Shown: positions 48,942 through 63,219, counted from the first letter of the stretch. The stretch is 64,000 bases of DNA from Candidatus Nanopelagicaceae bacterium (GCA_018882735.1 VERH01000002.1:1608-65607); one strand, 5' to 3'. Notes: generated from the letters alone by a model not told the origin. Translations and numbers: made by a program.

Positions 48942-51166
48942 GAAATCCGCCACCACTCCTTTCCCAAACGCCGGGTAGAGAATATCGGTCGACCAGAGCC
49001 ATCTATCTGCCAACTTAAGGCAATCGCGCCATCTAGATCGCTTCTAAAGACGCTGCCCTTACTCTCTAGGCTTGATATTAGCCCGTTATCTGGATGGCCG
49101 TAAGAGTTGCGCCCCACACTCACAAAGAAGATTGATGCCCCTTCAAAGATCCTCGACTCTTGATGTTTTGAACCATGATGCGGAACTTTGATGACATCAA
49201 TTCCATTTAGTTCGCCAAGTAACTGTTGTTGCGCCCCAGGTTCGATATCTCCTGTAATCAAGATTCGAACTTGCTCAATTTCTACTATTGCTACAACGCT
49301 CCGGTTGTTCTCGGTAGAACCATCTCCAGTAATTGAGGCAAAACTCTCTAACCCGGTTCCTGGCCAGATAATCTCGATTGTCGCAGCTCCTATTTTGAAG
49401 GTCTGGCCGCTACGCACGATCTGTACTGGGGTTACATCTGGAATCAGCTCGAATAAATCAACTTCGCGATTCATCCAGACCTGACCTACTTCTCGTCTGC
49501 CAATTCCAGTGAATCCTTGATAGTGATCGGCATGAATATGGCTGATTACAACCAGTGGGAGTCGTTTAACTTGGAATTGATCTAGACAGCGATCAAGCAG
49601 GCGCGGATCGGGACCTGCGTCAAAGAGGATGGAAGATCCCCCACCAAGATTTATCAGGAGCGCATCTCCTTGGCCGACATCGCATTGACCCACTTTCCAA
49701 TCACTTCCCGGAAAAATAAACCTTTGGCTTGAGCTGACCGTTAAAACCAAAAGCAGCGAAAGGATTGCCACCTTCCTCCCTAAGAATTTATGGAGCGTAA
49801 GTAGAGTTCCAAGAAAAAGTAATACCGGAGCGCTTGTGACCAAAGCGGGCATCGACTCGCTCCATGAGGAGATATAAATAATCCAACTTGTTCCTAAATT
49901 TGCAATTTCAAGGAGTAGGCGAGCTAGTGGAGCAACTGGAAGGACGAGAAGGGTGGCAACAAAACCGAAGATTGTTACAAATGGAACTACTGGAGCTACG
50001 AGAATATTGAGCAAGACCGTCCCTAGATTTAGTCCGCCAGAAATGACCATCAAATATGGGGCGCAAAACAAGGTCGCGGCCGTTGGTATTGAAATCAACT
50101 CACCTACTGCCTTGGGGCCTGGAACCCGAGCGGCAATTTTCGGAGCGAAGAAAATAAGCCCACTTGTGGCAAGGACGCTCAAGATGAAGCCCGCTTCGAA
50201 TGCCTGAAATGGGTTGATCAATAGTAGGAGTGCGATTGCGACCGCTAGCGAATTAGCCCCAGCGTTACGCCGGCCACTCAACTTTGCGATCAGAAATACA
50301 GCGGCCATTACTCCGGCTCTTAATACCGATGGAGTAGGTCGGACAAGAAGTACGAAGATGACTAGGGCAAGAATTGTAATTGCACTTTGAATTTTTCTAT
50401 TAGGTATGAAGAAGCCAGTCAGGGCAAAGAGAAATGCGCTAACGATTGCAAAATTGGCACCGCTTACCGCAGTTAGATGAGAGAGACCTGCTTCAAGCAT
50501 TCGCTTTGAGAGTGCACTGCTCTGTAATGAGGTATCTCCAATCACCATCCCCGGAACTAGTGCGGCAGAATCCCCACCAACTTTTAGAGTTGCTTCACGC
50601 AGCGCAATCCGAACTTGCTCTAAAGCTTTTAAAGACTTAGGCGTGCCTATGGAGCGTAAGGAGCCTTCTTGAGCGATCAAAAGCGCGGCTACTTTTCGCT
50701 CTTTTGAATCGATTAACATTCCAGATAATTGGATTCGTTGACCCGGGATTAATAGCTCTTCAGTCTCGGCGATTACGCGAATGGGAAGACGAACCAGGTA
50801 CTGCGAATCATCGGTTGTTATTATTTCTGCACGCATCAAGAAAGTAGTTCTAGGTACGGTCAATCTTGAACCAATTACTCTTGGCCTAGTCTTATTAGAA
50901 TCACTACTTACTACGCCTTCAATGCGTACCGTAGATCCAACAAAATTGGAGAGTTGACCTTCATCAAGCGCAGCTAGATGAATCAAAAGCGCACTTGCCC
51001 CAGTCATGGCCGCGATGAGTACCGGAGCTACGGCCCGCTTTCGAAAAATAGCCAAGATCGGCGCTAAAAGCAGCGCCTTCAGTGCGACTAAATCGGCGAG
51101 TGCGATTCCCGCCCAGATACCAATCGCTAGCGCAAGGGATTGGTAACTCTTGGCATGCAACCTCAA
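48932..51166 (-). CDS. comEC: DNA internalisation-related competence protein ComEC/Rec2 (membrane channel + metallo-beta-lactamase domain)
   Basis: The 744-aa ORF has many TM helices and a C-terminal MBL motif, ISHIHADHYQG...HHGS. Confidence 0.9.
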   Translation of the reverse strand: MRLHAKSYQSLALAIGIWAGIALADLVALKALLLAPILAIFRKRAVAPVLIAAMTGASALLIHLAALDEGQLSNFVGSTVRIEGVVSSDSNKTRPRVIGSRLTVPRTTFLMRAEIITTDDSQYLVRLPIRVIAETEELLIPGQRIQLSGMLIDSKERKVAALLIAQEGSLRSIGTPKSLKALEQVRIALREATLKVGGDSAALVPGMVIGDTSLQSSALSKRMLEAGLSHLTAVSGANFAIVSAFLFALTGFFIPNRKIQSAITILALVIFVLLVRPTPSVLRAGVMAAVFLIAKLSGRRNAGANSLAVAIALLLLINPFQAFEAGFILSVLATSGLIFFAPKIAARVPGPKAVGELISIPTAATLFCAPYLMVISGGLNLGTVLLNILVAPVVPFVTIFGFVATLLVLPVAPLARLLLEIANLGTSWIIYISSWSESMPALVTSAPVLLFLGTLLTLHKFLGRKVAILSLLLVLTVSSSQRFIFPGSDWKVGQCDVGQGDALLINLGGGSSILFDAGPDPRLLDRCLDQFQVKRLPLVVISHIHADHYQGFTGIGRREVGQVWMNREVDLFELIPDVTPVQIVRSGQTFKIGAATIEIIWPGTGLESFASITGDGSTENNRSVVAIVEIEQVRILITGDIEPGAQQQLLGELNGIDVIKVPHHGSKHQESRIFEGASIFFVSVGRNSYGHPDNGLISSLESKGSVFRSDLDGAIALSWQIDGSGRPIFSTRRLGKEWWRISWH

Positions 51167-51762
51167 AGAGAGAGTCGGGACTTGATCCTTTCAAAAGTCT
51201 TCACTCCTATGCCCGGAACCTTTTGAAGATCTGCGATATCTACAAATGGCCCATTAGCACTTCTGTAATCAACGATTCGCCTTGCGAGAACAGGTCCAAT
51301 CCCAGAAAGTGAGTCGAATTGAAAGGCGCTGGCGCGATTTACATAAACCGTCCCACTAAACGGTTTCGAACCAACCTTCTTCTTCTCCTCCGGTTTTACA
51401 CCTAGATAGATCTGTTCGCCATCTACTACCTTGCGCGCGAGATTGATTACCGAGAGATCTACTCCCTTTTTCGCTCCACCCGCCGCAGAAATTGCATCCA
51501 CAACACGAGAGCCATCAATCACCGGATACACACCAGGTCGCTTAACTTCGCCGGCCACATGTACAAGCAACATCTTGGATTGTGTGCTCTCAATAACCTT
51601 CATTGCGGGAGTTTCCACGGCCTCACCGCGCGAAGAGAGAAAGAGGACGCCGGCAATCAGAATCGCTACTAGCGAGAGAGCAATGACGGCGCGTTTCTGT
51701 TCAGTGGTGTATTCGAGAGTCTGTGACTTCAATTCTTCGAGTTTCTCTTTTAGTGAGTTCAT
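51163..51762 (-). CDS. comEA: ComEA-family DNA-binding protein (N-terminal TM, SLBB-like region, C-terminal helix-hairpin-helix)
   Basis: The 199-aa ORF has VNRASAFQFDSLSGIGPVLARRIVDYR...LQKVPGIGVKTFERI. Confidence 0.9.
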   Translation of the reverse strand: MNSLKEKLEELKSQTLEYTTEQKRAVIALSLVAILIAGVLFLSSRGEAVETPAMKVIESTQSKMLLVHVAGEVKRPGVYPVIDGSRVVDAISAAGGAKKGVDLSVINLARKVVDGEQIYLGVKPEEKKKVGSKPFSGTVYVNRASAFQFDSLSGIGPVLARRIVDYRSANGPFVDIADLQKVPGIGVKTFERIKSRLSL

Positions 51763-51821
51763 GGGCGAATCAGAACAGAGAACTCCCCGGAAGAATTCTT
51801 TAAATTAGTAGGCTGTGGATA

Positions 51822-54278
51822 TTAAAGAACGATATTCACAAATTTTGGCGCTTTGGTAATTATCTTCTTCGGGGAAGCGCCATTTAACTCAACTTTAATG
51901 GTGGAATCGCTAAGGGCCATATCCTCAAGTTCTTTATCGCTGATGCCGGAAGATACCTCAACACGATTTTTGATTTTTCCATTTACCTGGAAGATTGCCG
52001 TTACCGAGTCTTCGGTAAGCAGTGATGAATCAACTTGTGGCCAGCCAGCAAGGGCTACGGAGGGCTTATGTCCTAGCCGCTCCCACATCTCTTCAGCTGT
52101 ATACGGAGCGATTAATGAGAGTGAGATAGCAACGGTTTCGGTGGCCTCACGAACCGCAGGATCAGCTGGGCCACAACCGCTATCAATCGCCTTTCTAGTT
52201 GCATTTACCAATTCCATGATGCGCGCAACGGCAACATTGAAGCGGAAAGACTCGACTGCAAAAGAGATGTCATGGAGCGCCTTATGGGTAATTTTACGTA
52301 GCGCAGCGTCGCCAGATTTGAAATCTACGCCAGCCTTACTAGTCACATCACCGGAAAGTCGCCAAGCGCGATTTAGGAATTTAACTGATCCTGATGGCGA
52401 GACATCGGCCCAATCCACATCATCTTCCGGCGGGCCGGCGAAGACCATAGATAAGCGGATGGCATCGACTCCATGTCGCTCAAGTTCATCAGATAGTCGA
52501 ACGAGATTTCCGCGGCTCTTGCTCATAGCAGAGCCATCCATTATCACCATGCCTTGATTCAATAATCGAGTAAAAGGCTCTGTGAAATCAACTAGCCCCA
52601 TATCAAATAGCGCCTTGGTAAAGAAACGTGAGTAGAGCAGGTGAAGAATCGCATGCGTTACTCCCCCGACATATTGATCTACTGGTAGCCAGGTTTTAAC
52701 CTCATCTAAATCAAAAGCTCGATCATCTTTATCAACGCTTGTGTAACGCAGGAAGTACCAAGATGAATCAACAAAGGTATCCATGGTGTCGGTATCGCGA
52801 AGTGCGGGTTGGTTGCACTTGGGGCATTTAACATTCACCCAATCTTTTGCCGTTGCTAATGGTGAACTTCCCTTTGGTTTTAGATCTACCGTCTTTGAAT
52901 CTGGCAAGCGCACCGGTAACTCTTCTAGGGGAACTGGTACTTCGCCGCACTTTTCGCAGTGAATAATCGGAATCGGAGTACCCCAATAGCGTTGGCGCGA
53001 AATTAACCAATCACGGAGGCGGTAATTTTGGGAGGCCTTGGCAAGGCCCTTCGACTCCAGCTCTTTAATTACCTTTGTTATAGCTGAAGCCGTATCAAGT
53101 CCATTTAATGAACCGGAATTAATCAGTTTTCCATCACCATCAGTTGCAACGCCGGTTACGGCAGGATCTTCACCATCGGTCTCTACTACAACGCGGACCG
53201 GAAGCTTCATAGCGCGGGCAAAATCTAAATCTCGCTGGTCGTGGGCTGGGACCGCCATGATCGCGCCAGTTCCATAATCGGCGAGCACATAATCACTCGC
53301 CCAAATTGGAATCCGCTCACCATTAACCGGATTAATCGCATAACGCTCTAAGAAAACCCCGCTCTTTGCTCGTTCCGTAGATAGTCGATCGATATCGCTT
53401 GCCGACTTAACGGACTCAAAATACTCGTTGAACTTTGATTCAACGGAAGTTCCCGAGACAAGTTCGCGTGCGAGCTCACTATCTACAGCAACCACCATAA
53501 AGGTTGCGCCATAAAGCGTGTCTGGCCGGGTTGTATAGATGACAACCGGTTCGTTGCGACCTTCAATTTCAAACTTGACTTCTGCGCCAGTGGATTTTCC
53601 AATCCAGTTTCGCTGCATGGTGAGGACTTTTTCTGGCCACTTACCCTCAAGTTGCTCCATATCGGCGAGTAATCTCTCGGTGTAATCAGTGATCTTGAAG
53701 TACCACTGATTTAGCTTCTTCTTTGTTACTTGGTTATCGCACCGTTCGCATAGCCCCGCAACGACCTGTTCATTTGCAAGGACGGTTTGGCAATCAGGGC
53801 ACCAATTAACAGCTGAGTCTTTGCGGTAGGCAAGACCGCGTTCAAATAATTTCAAGAATATCCATTGGTTCCATCGGTAATACTCAGGATCACAGGTATA
53901 AAGAACACGATCCCAATCAAAGGAACATGCATAGCGACGCATGGATGCTCGCTGGGTGTTTATATTTTCATAAGTCCAAATACTTGGATCTTCATTCCGT
54001 TTAATCGCGGCATTTTCGGCGGGAAGTCCAAATGCATCCCAACCGATTGGGTGCATAACATTAAATCCTTTTTGTACCCAGTAACGGGCGATTACATCAC
54101 CGAGCGCATATGCCTCAGCGTGCCCCATATGAAGATCCCCGGAGGGATAAGGAAACATATCCAGGACATATTTCTTTGGCCGCGGATCATCTTTCTTGCC
54201 AGAACGGAAGGGCGCGAGTTCATCCCAGATAGGTAACCACTTCTCTTGGACGTGGTTGATGTCGTACGCCTCATGCAT
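51822..54278 (-). CDS. leuS: leucine--tRNA ligase
   Basis: The 818-aa ORF has [12 protein letters not shown] (HIGH) and KMSKSRGN (KMSKS), plus a CP1 editing domain. Confidence 0.97.
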   Translation of the reverse strand: MHEAYDINHVQEKWLPIWDELAPFRSGKKDDPRPKKYVLDMFPYPSGDLHMGHAEAYALGDVIARYWVQKGFNVMHPIGWDAFGLPAENAAIKRNEDPSIWTYENINTQRASMRRYACSFDWDRVLYTCDPEYYRWNQWIFLKLFERGLAYRKDSAVNWCPDCQTVLANEQVVAGLCERCDNQVTKKKLNQWYFKITDYTERLLADMEQLEGKWPEKVLTMQRNWIGKSTGAEVKFEIEGRNEPVVIYTTRPDTLYGATFMVVAVDSELARELVSGTSVESKFNEYFESVKSASDIDRLSTERAKSGVFLERYAINPVNGERIPIWASDYVLADYGTGAIMAVPAHDQRDLDFARAMKLPVRVVVETDGEDPAVTGVATDGDGKLINSGSLNGLDTASAITKVIKELESKGLAKASQNYRLRDWLISRQRYWGTPIPIIHCEKCGEVPVPLEELPVRLPDSKTVDLKPKGSSPLATAKDWVNVKCPKCNQPALRDTDTMDTFVDSSWYFLRYTSVDKDDRAFDLDEVKTWLPVDQYVGGVTHAILHLLYSRFFTKALFDMGLVDFTEPFTRLLNQGMVIMDGSAMSKSRGNLVRLSDELERHGVDAIRLSMVFAGPPEDDVDWADVSPSGSVKFLNRAWRLSGDVTSKAGVDFKSGDAALRKITHKALHDISFAVESFRFNVAVARIMELVNATRKAIDSGCGPADPAVREATETVAISLSLIAPYTAEEMWERLGHKPSVALAGWPQVDSSLLTEDSVTAIFQVNGKIKNRVEVSSGISDKELEDMALSDSTIKVELNGASPKKIITKAPKFVNIVL

Positions 54279-54287
54279 GTGCGTAGG

Positions 54288-55244
54288 TTACCGCCAAACG
54301 ACGCCAGTTAATTCTTCACTTACCTGCCAGAGATTTTTTGCTAGCTCTTGATCATATGCAATTGAGCGCGCACGTACTGCCTTTGGAAAGCCGCGCATCT
54401 CAAATAATCCATCGGGTCCAATAAAGGATGCTCCATAAAGGTTTGGGAATGTCGCGGCGCATAACGTTGGGAGTGCGCCACGCGATGCAGATTGAGCAAT
54501 TACGCCATTCATTAACGCAGTACTCCGCTCCTCCCAGATGTTTCCTTTCATCTTCGGGGCAACACTTTGGAGGTTAGTGTTTGAATAACCTGGGTGAGCT
54601 GCGATAGCGGTAATACCCCACTCTCTTGCGTTAGCAAGTCTTGCTAATTCAAAAGTAAAGAGAAGGTTTGCTAATTTGCTTGTGCCGTATGCGCCCCATG
54701 GTGAGTATTTATTTCTACCTAAACAAATTTCTCTAATGGCCAAAACCGTGCCATCTCCGAAGTTGCCCATTCGATGGGCTTGGCTCGAGATAGAGACGAT
54801 TCTGGATTTAACGCGCTCTCGAATCAATCCAGCAAAGGCAAAATGGCCAAGATGATTAGTGGCAATCTGCATCTCAAAGTCATCGTTAGTTTTTCGTAAT
54901 GGAATTGCCATAATCCCAGCGTTGAGAATCAAGACATCAATTTCATAATCAACTTTGCGGGCTGCGCGTCGAACGCTCTCAAGATCGGCGAGGTCTAATT
55001 CGAGTAAATCAATCCGGTCGCTTGATAACTCCTTCTTTACTGATTCTGCTTTTTCAATTGACCGGGCTGCAATTGTGACCCTAGCCCCCACTCGAGCTAA
55101 TTCGCGGGCGGCCTCTTTTCCGATTCCACTGGTTGCGCCAGTAATGAGAAATCTCTTACCTTCAAGGTTTGGTAAATCTTTTGCATTCCAACCTGATGGA
55201 ATTTTCTGGAGAGCGAGCCCTCTACCGCTGTTGCTATCGCTCAT
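54288..55244 (-). CDS. short-chain dehydrogenase/reductase (SDR) family oxidoreductase
   Basis: The 318-aa ORF has TGATSGIGKEAAREL, NAG and the Y-x3-K motif YGTSK. Confidence 0.88.
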   Translation of the reverse strand: MSDSNSGRGLALQKIPSGWNAKDLPNLEGKRFLITGATSGIGKEAARELARVGARVTIAARSIEKAESVKKELSSDRIDLLELDLADLESVRRAARKVDYEIDVLILNAGIMAIPLRKTNDDFEMQIATNHLGHFAFAGLIRERVKSRIVSISSQAHRMGNFGDGTVLAIREICLGRNKYSPWGAYGTSKLANLLFTFELARLANAREWGITAIAAHPGYSNTNLQSVAPKMKGNIWEERSTALMNGVIAQSASRGALPTLCAATFPNLYGASFIGPDGLFEMRGFPKAVRARSIAYDQELAKNLWQVSEELTGVVWR

Positions 55245-55288
55245 CTCTAAATTCCTTTGACTTACTCGGTAATCGTTTATCTAAATTG

Positions 55289-55361
55289 TGGAGCTAAGGG
55301 GACTTGAACCCCTGACCCCCTGCATGCCATGCAGGTGCGCTACCAGCTGCGCCATAGCCCC
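55289..55361 (-). tRNA. tRNA-Ala (anticodon GGC), no encoded CCA
   Basis: The reverse complement is GGGGCTATGGCGCAGCTGGTAGCGCACCTGCATGGCATGCAGGGGGTCAGGGGTTCAAGTCCCCTTAGCTCCA. It has the G3:U70 identity pair and the anticodon loop AT-GGC-AT. Confidence 0.9.
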
Positions 55362-55385
55362 GTAAACACGGGAACCTTACAACAA

Positions 55386-56027
55386 TTACGCGCCGCTTTC
55401 TTCTCCATAAATCGGTTCAGGGAGCGAACCGGCATTGTGCTCCACCAAGATCCAGCCTTTTCGGTGATGGCCAGTTTCCAGAATTGACCAAGAAGCATTT
55501 GAAAGTCCGCCGATTGTTGCCCATTGATTCATTGGAAGCGCGAGCATCTTTCCGATAACAATTCTTGCCGTTCCGCCATGAGTGACCACGACAAGAGTTG
55601 ATAAGGAAGGCTCAAGCGCTCGATTTATAGCGGCGACTGCCCGTTCGGCAATCTCACTTCGCCGTTCTCCAGTATCACCAGCCGGCTCATCGTTACCATC
55701 AAGCCAATTTACAAATCGTTGGTAATCATCAGCGCGATTCTCTTCACCGGTTCGACCTTCCCACTTACCGCCATTTGTTTCACGTAATCCGGCATCAATA
55801 TGAACAGGAAGTTTTGAGATTTCCGCGAGCGCAGCTGCGGTTTGCTGGGTTCGAATCAAATCACTACAGACAATCTTTTCAGGCCGCAGCCCCATCAAAA
55901 GCGGCGCGGCTCTACGCGCTTGGGAGTGGCCAGTTTCATTTAATGGAATATCGGAATGTCCTTGGAAGCGATTCTCAAGATTCCAATCAGTTTGGCCATG
56001 GCGCCATAGAACAATTCGCTGCCTCAT
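55386..56027 (-). CDS. histidine phosphatase family protein (phosphoglycerate-mutase-like; GpgP/Rv2419c-like by position)
   Basis: The 213-aa ORF has the RHG motif [10 protein letters not shown] and a C-terminal THGG, and lies downstream of rsfS and nadD. Confidence 0.85.
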   Translation of the reverse strand: MRQRIVLWRHGQTDWNLENRFQGHSDIPLNETGHSQARRAAPLLMGLRPEKIVCSDLIRTQQTAAALAEISKLPVHIDAGLRETNGGKWEGRTGEENRADDYQRFVNWLDGNDEPAGDTGERRSEIAERAVAAINRALEPSLSTLVVVTHGGTARIVIGKMLALPMNQWATIGGLSNASWSILETGHHRKGWILVEHNAGSLPEPIYGEESGA

Positions 56028-56029
56028 TT

Positions 56030-56413
56030 TTAGTTGCTCGCCCTCTTCTTCTCATCTTCTTTAACTGCCTTTAATTCAATTCTGGGACAGTCATTCCACA
56101 ATTTCTCTAGCATGTAGTACTGGCGGATTTCTTCGGTCTGGATGTGCACTACAAGGTCTTCGTAATCAAGGAGAATCCAATGTGCTGATTTCTCGCGCCG
56201 GAGTGGCTTCTCGCCCAGCCTTGCCAATTTCAATTCCACTTCATCGCCGATGGCTTCGATCTGGCGCTCATTCGCACCACTCACGAGCAAGAAGACCTCA
56301 CTTAAAACCATCTGTTCAGTTAAGTCGATTGCCACTAAATCCTTTCCAAGCTTGTCTAACGCCGCTTCGGCAGCGCTCTCAAGGTGTGAAAGTGTGGAGT
56401 TACGCGGCGCCAT
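56030..56413 (-). CDS. rsfS: ribosome silencing factor RsfS
   Basis: The 127-aa ORF has a pattern of the type DYFVI.SG..R.V.AI and [13 protein letters not shown]...R.YY.LE.LW. Confidence 0.92.
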   Translation of the reverse strand: MAPRNSTLSHLESAAEAALDKLGKDLVAIDLTEQMVLSEVFLLVSGANERQIEAIGDEVELKLARLGEKPLRREKSAHWILLDYEDLVVHIQTEEIRQYYMLEKLWNDCPRIELKAVKEDEKKRASN

Positions 56414-56981
56414 ATAGGTGCTTCTCCTTTATGTAAGAAAGGACGCCAGCCGGAAGAAATGCACCTACATCTTCCCCGCGGTGAAGACGATTCCTTAGTT
56501 CCGTCGCCGAAATTTCAGGCGCGCCAATCTCAAGTAATTGGAATATCACTCCTGGTATTGATAGAACTTCGCTCGAACCTGGGCGAAGGATTACCAGAAA
56601 ATCGACTATTGAAGTTAACTCCTCGAATCGCTCCCAAGATGGAAGTCCTGCAAAAGCATCACTTCCAATCACCCAGGTATATCGATCTGCTGGAATCAAA
56701 TCTTTAATCTCCTTAACGGTATCTATTGCGTATGAAGGACCTAATCTTTGAACCTCGCAATCGCTTATTCTCACCGCTTCACCTTGTAGCGCTAACTTAG
56801 CCATCGCCAATCGGTCAGACGCTGGAGCTGAGCCACTCTTTTGATAAGGATCGCCTGCTGGTATGACTACCAGGTTGTCGAATCGTCTTGTTGCTAATAA
56901 GGATTTAATTAGATGTAAATGCCCATTGTGGAATGGATCAAAAGTGCCACCAAAGAGTGCGCAGTTCTTAATCTTTATCAA
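56400..56981 (-). CDS. nadD: nicotinate-nucleotide adenylyltransferase
   Basis: The 193-aa ORF has a TTG start, GGTFDPFHNGHL, and ISATELR near the C-terminus. Confidence 0.93.
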   Translation of the reverse strand: MIKIKNCALFGGTFDPFHNGHLHLIKSLLATRRFDNLVVIPAGDPYQKSGSAPASDRLAMAKLALQGEAVRISDCEVQRLGPSYAIDTVKEIKDLIPADRYTWVIGSDAFAGLPSWERFEELTSIVDFLVILRPGSSEVLSIPGVIFQLLEIGAPEISATELRNRLHRGEDVGAFLPAGVLSYIKEKHLYGAA

Positions 56982-57126
56982 GTCTCAATACTAAATAGAG
57001 AAGTAACATCAAGATTCCAAAAGCGAGCCCACCAAAGAAGACAGGATGCGCGGGAAGTTCGCGCCCGGTCTCGCTAAACAATTCGACCGCTCGTTCGGAA
57101 GTGATTCTGTGTAACATGGAACGCAT
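56968..57126 (-). CDS. possible 52-aa single-pass membrane protein (not in the ORF track)
   Basis: My own translation is MRSMLHRITSERAVELFSETGRELPAHPVFFGGLAFGILMLLLYLVLRLDKD. An AGGAG that includes the ligA TAG stop lies 5 nt upstream of the ATG, and the stop overlaps the nadD start by 14 nt. It fills an otherwise unexplained 153-nt gap. Confidence 0.35.
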   Translation of the reverse strand: MRSMLHRITSERAVELFSETGRELPAHPVFFGGLAFGILMLLLYLVLRLDKD

Positions 57127-57134
57127 AATAACTC

Positions 57135-60252
<3,118 letters not shown>

Positions 60253-60256
<4 letters not shown>

Positions 60257-61428
60257 GCAGTGCTCCGGTATGCAGCCCTCGCGCGTTCGATGACCTTTTT
60301 GATGCAGGTATGGAAATAATCAATATCAGCGCGGGAATTTTCAGCCCCGAGTGAGAATCTAAGCGAAGAACGGGCCTCTTTCTCGCTCAATCCCATCGCT
60401 AAGAGCACATGGCTTGGTTGTTGTACTCCAGCTGAGCAAGCTGAGCCGGTTGAACATGCAATCCCCTCACCATCAAATAGCAGCAAGAGTGAATCGCTTT
60501 CGGTATTAGGAAAACGGACATTTAAAATCCCAGGGAGGTGCGCGCCTTCGGATGCATTGAAGATTGCATCTGGAACATCGGCCTTGATGGTCTCTTTAAG
60601 TGAATCTCGAAGCGATGCAACATAGAGGGCGTTCTTTTCGCGATTTCTTATTGCAACTTGTGCTGCGGAGGCAAACGCGACTATGGCTGCGGCATTTACA
60701 GTTCCAGAACGGATATCGCGCTCTTGTCCGCCGCCATGAAGAAGCGGAGTTACATCTACGCCGCGCTTGAGAATTAGCGCACCTACGCCGACTGGGCCAC
60801 CAATTTTGTGAGCACTTATCGTCATCGCAAATAGCCCAAGTTCTGCAAAATCTAACGGAATCTTCCCAAAACTTTGGATTGCATCAGTATGAACTGGGAT
60901 TGAATACTTCTCAGCTAATTTCACAACTTCATTTATAGGCTGGATAGTTCCGACTTCATTATTCGCATGAATAATGCTAACTAAGGCAATCTCTTCGCTT
61001 CGATTTTCTAAAGCGCTCTTAAAAAACTCAAAATTTATAAAGCCTTCGCGGGTTACTGGAACTTCAATGACCTCGGCTCCCTCTTCTTCGGCCAACCAAT
61101 GGACTGGGTCGAGGATGGCGTGGTGTTCGAAGGTTGAGATGATGATTACTCTCCGCTTTGGGTTCTCACTTCGCCGTTTCCAATAGATTCCCTTTATTGC
61201 AAGATTATTTGCCTCAGTCCCACTCCCGGTAAAAATTACTTCGCTTGCTTCACATCCAACCAAGGCTGCGATCCGCTCGCGGGCTTCTTCGACGTTCTTG
61301 CGGACTTCTCTTCCATAGCCATGAAGGCTTGAGGGATTTCCGAGCTCGCGGGCTTGATCGACAAACGCTTGTAACGCCACATCATTTATTGGCGTAGTGG
61401 CAGCATTATCAAAATAGACGCGCGGCAT
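60253..61428 (-). CDS. iscS: cysteine desulfurase (NifS/IscS family)
   Basis: The 391-aa ORF has the PLP lysine region SAHKIGGPVG and the active-site loop STGSACS. Confidence 0.93.
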
Positions 61429-61462
61429 GGGTTAATTCTAAAGCGCGGCAGTGACGGTCAGG

Positions 61463-62416
61463 TTATGCGCGTTTTGCCTTGAGCGCCTCGCGCGCCTGTG
61501 GGAGAACCGCAAATAAGTCTCCAACAACGCCGAAATCTGCAAGATCGAAGATGGGCGCTTCCGGATCCTTATTTATCGCAACGATGGTCTTCGAGGTCTG
61601 CATACCAGCGCGATGTTGAATCGCTCCCGAAATTCCACAAGCTATATAAAGCTGTGGGCTAACTGTCTTTCCAGTCTGACCAACTTGATGAGTGTGTGGA
61701 TACCAACCTGCATCAGTTGCAGCGCGCGAAGCTCCGACTGCGGCGCCGATGAGGTCTGCCATCGCTTCAACTTCAGCAAAGTTTCCATTTGTGCCACGTC
61801 CACCTGAGATAACGATCTTTGCTTCTGTTAGGTCAGGGCGACCACCTTTAACGGGTGGTTGGGAATTTGAAATCGTAACTGTTTTATCTTTTGCCTCGAT
61901 AGTGACTTGGAGTTTCTCCACGCTCGGAGCCGCGCTAGCCCCACCCGCTTCAATCGAGCTAGGTCGAATAGTTATGACTGGTGTGCCAACTTTGACTTTG
62001 GCGTTTACAGTGAATGATCCACCAAAAACGGATTGGGTGGTTGATAAATCACTTCTAAAGTCGATCGCATCAGTGATCACGCCTCCGGCGATGCGCAGCG
62101 CCAACCTTCCGGCAATCTCTTTTCCGCGCGCTGATGAAGCAACCAAAATCGCTTCTGGTTTCTCTTTATCCACGACTTGAGCTAGCGCAGATACAGCGGC
62201 GGCGATTCCGTGCTTGGAAATCTCGTCATTTTCTACAACTATCAATCGATCAATCTCAGTTCCGGAAAGTTGTGCGGCAAGTGCATCGCCAGCTCCGCTA
62301 TTTGCCAGAATTACTCCGGTTGCACTTCCAGCGCGCTTTGCAAAAGTGGCTAATTCGCCTGGAGTTTTGGCAACTTTCGAGCCATCGTGATCTACGAGAA
62401 AGAGAATGTTGGCCAT
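61463..62416 (-). CDS. etfA: electron transfer flavoprotein subunit alpha
   Basis: The 317-aa ORF has the C-terminal FAD-binding region VSPQLYIACGISGAIQHRAGM. Confidence 0.93.
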   Translation of the reverse strand: MANILFLVDHDGSKVAKTPGELATFAKRAGSATGVILANSGAGDALAAQLSGTEIDRLIVVENDEISKHGIAAAVSALAQVVDKEKPEAILVASSARGKEIAGRLALRIAGGVITDAIDFRSDLSTTQSVFGGSFTVNAKVKVGTPVITIRPSSIEAGGASAAPSVEKLQVTIEAKDKTVTISNSQPPVKGGRPDLTEAKIVISGGRGTNGNFAEVEAMADLIGAAVGASRAATDAGWYPHTHQVGQTGKTVSPQLYIACGISGAIQHRAGMQTSKTIVAINKDPEAPIFDLADFGVVGDLFAVLPQAREALKAKRA

Positions 62417-62418
62417 AG

Positions 62419-63219
62419 TTACACCAACCGCTTCTCAAGCAAGTAATCCGCCAACTTCGTACCACCATCGCCAGAATCCTCAAGCTTTACGCCTTTATCG
62501 CGCGGAGGTCTAGGTTGCGCGTCGAGAACTTCACTCCAAGCGCCATTTGTACCTACTTCTCCAGCGTTAACTCCGATATCGGCGAGCGCTTTAGTATCAA
62601 TAGGTTTCTTTTTAGCCGCCATGATTCCCTTAAAGGATGGATAGCGCGGCTCATTGATTTTCTCTATCACGCTAACAACGCATGGAAAAGCAGCAGACAT
62701 CGTCTCAACGCCACTCTCAGTCATCCGAGCAATCTCAACGCTCTTCGCACCAGCATCAACTTTGACTGAACCGGCAAAGGTGAGTTGCGCCCAACCAAGT
62801 GATTCGGCGAGCATCGCTGGAATTACGCTCATGCGAGCATCGGTAGATTCTGTGCCACAGAAAACTAAATCAAAACCGCCATCTTGAATTACCTTTGAAA
62901 GCACCTTCGCAGTCGCAACTGCATCCGAACCAGCTAATGCTGGATCGCTGACCAAAACTCCGCCATCGGCTCCCATTGATAGGCCTTTTCGAATCGCCTC
63001 AGTAGTTCGTTCTGGGCCCATTGAAATGAGTGTGATCGTATGTTCGGGTGTTTCTTTACCTTCATTCAATGGCTCTACGATTCGAAGTGCTTCTTCGATT
63101 GCATATTCATCTAAATCATTTAGAACTGCATCAACGCTCTCGCGATCCAGTCGGCCATTGACCATTTTCTTCTCGGCCCATGAATCTGGAACTTGTTTAA
63201 CGCAGATAGCAATCTTCAT
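62419..63219 (-). CDS. etfB: electron transfer flavoprotein subunit beta
   Basis: The 266-aa ORF reads MKIAICVKQVPD, lies directly upstream of etfA, and is separated from it by 2 nt. Confidence 0.93.
   Translation of the reverse strand: MKIAICVKQVPDSWAEKKMVNGRLDRESVDAVLNDLDEYAIEEALRIVEPLNEGKETPEHTITLISMGPERTTEAIRKGLSMGADGGVLVSDPALAGSDAVATAKVLSKVIQDGGFDLVFCGTESTDARMSVIPAMLAESLGWAQLTFAGSVKVDAGAKSVEIARMTESGVETMSAAFPCVVSVIEKINEPRYPSFKGIMAAKKKPIDTKALADIGVNAGEVGTNGAWSEVLDAQPRPPRDKGVKLEDSGDGGTKLADYLLEKRLV

Noticed and set aside
51853-52557. A 234-aa plus-strand ORF inside leuS.
   Set aside because: It is entirely antisense to a confidently identified leuS. Its Ser/Ala/Pro/Thr/Arg-rich, low-complexity composition is typical of a shadow frame, and I see no start context.
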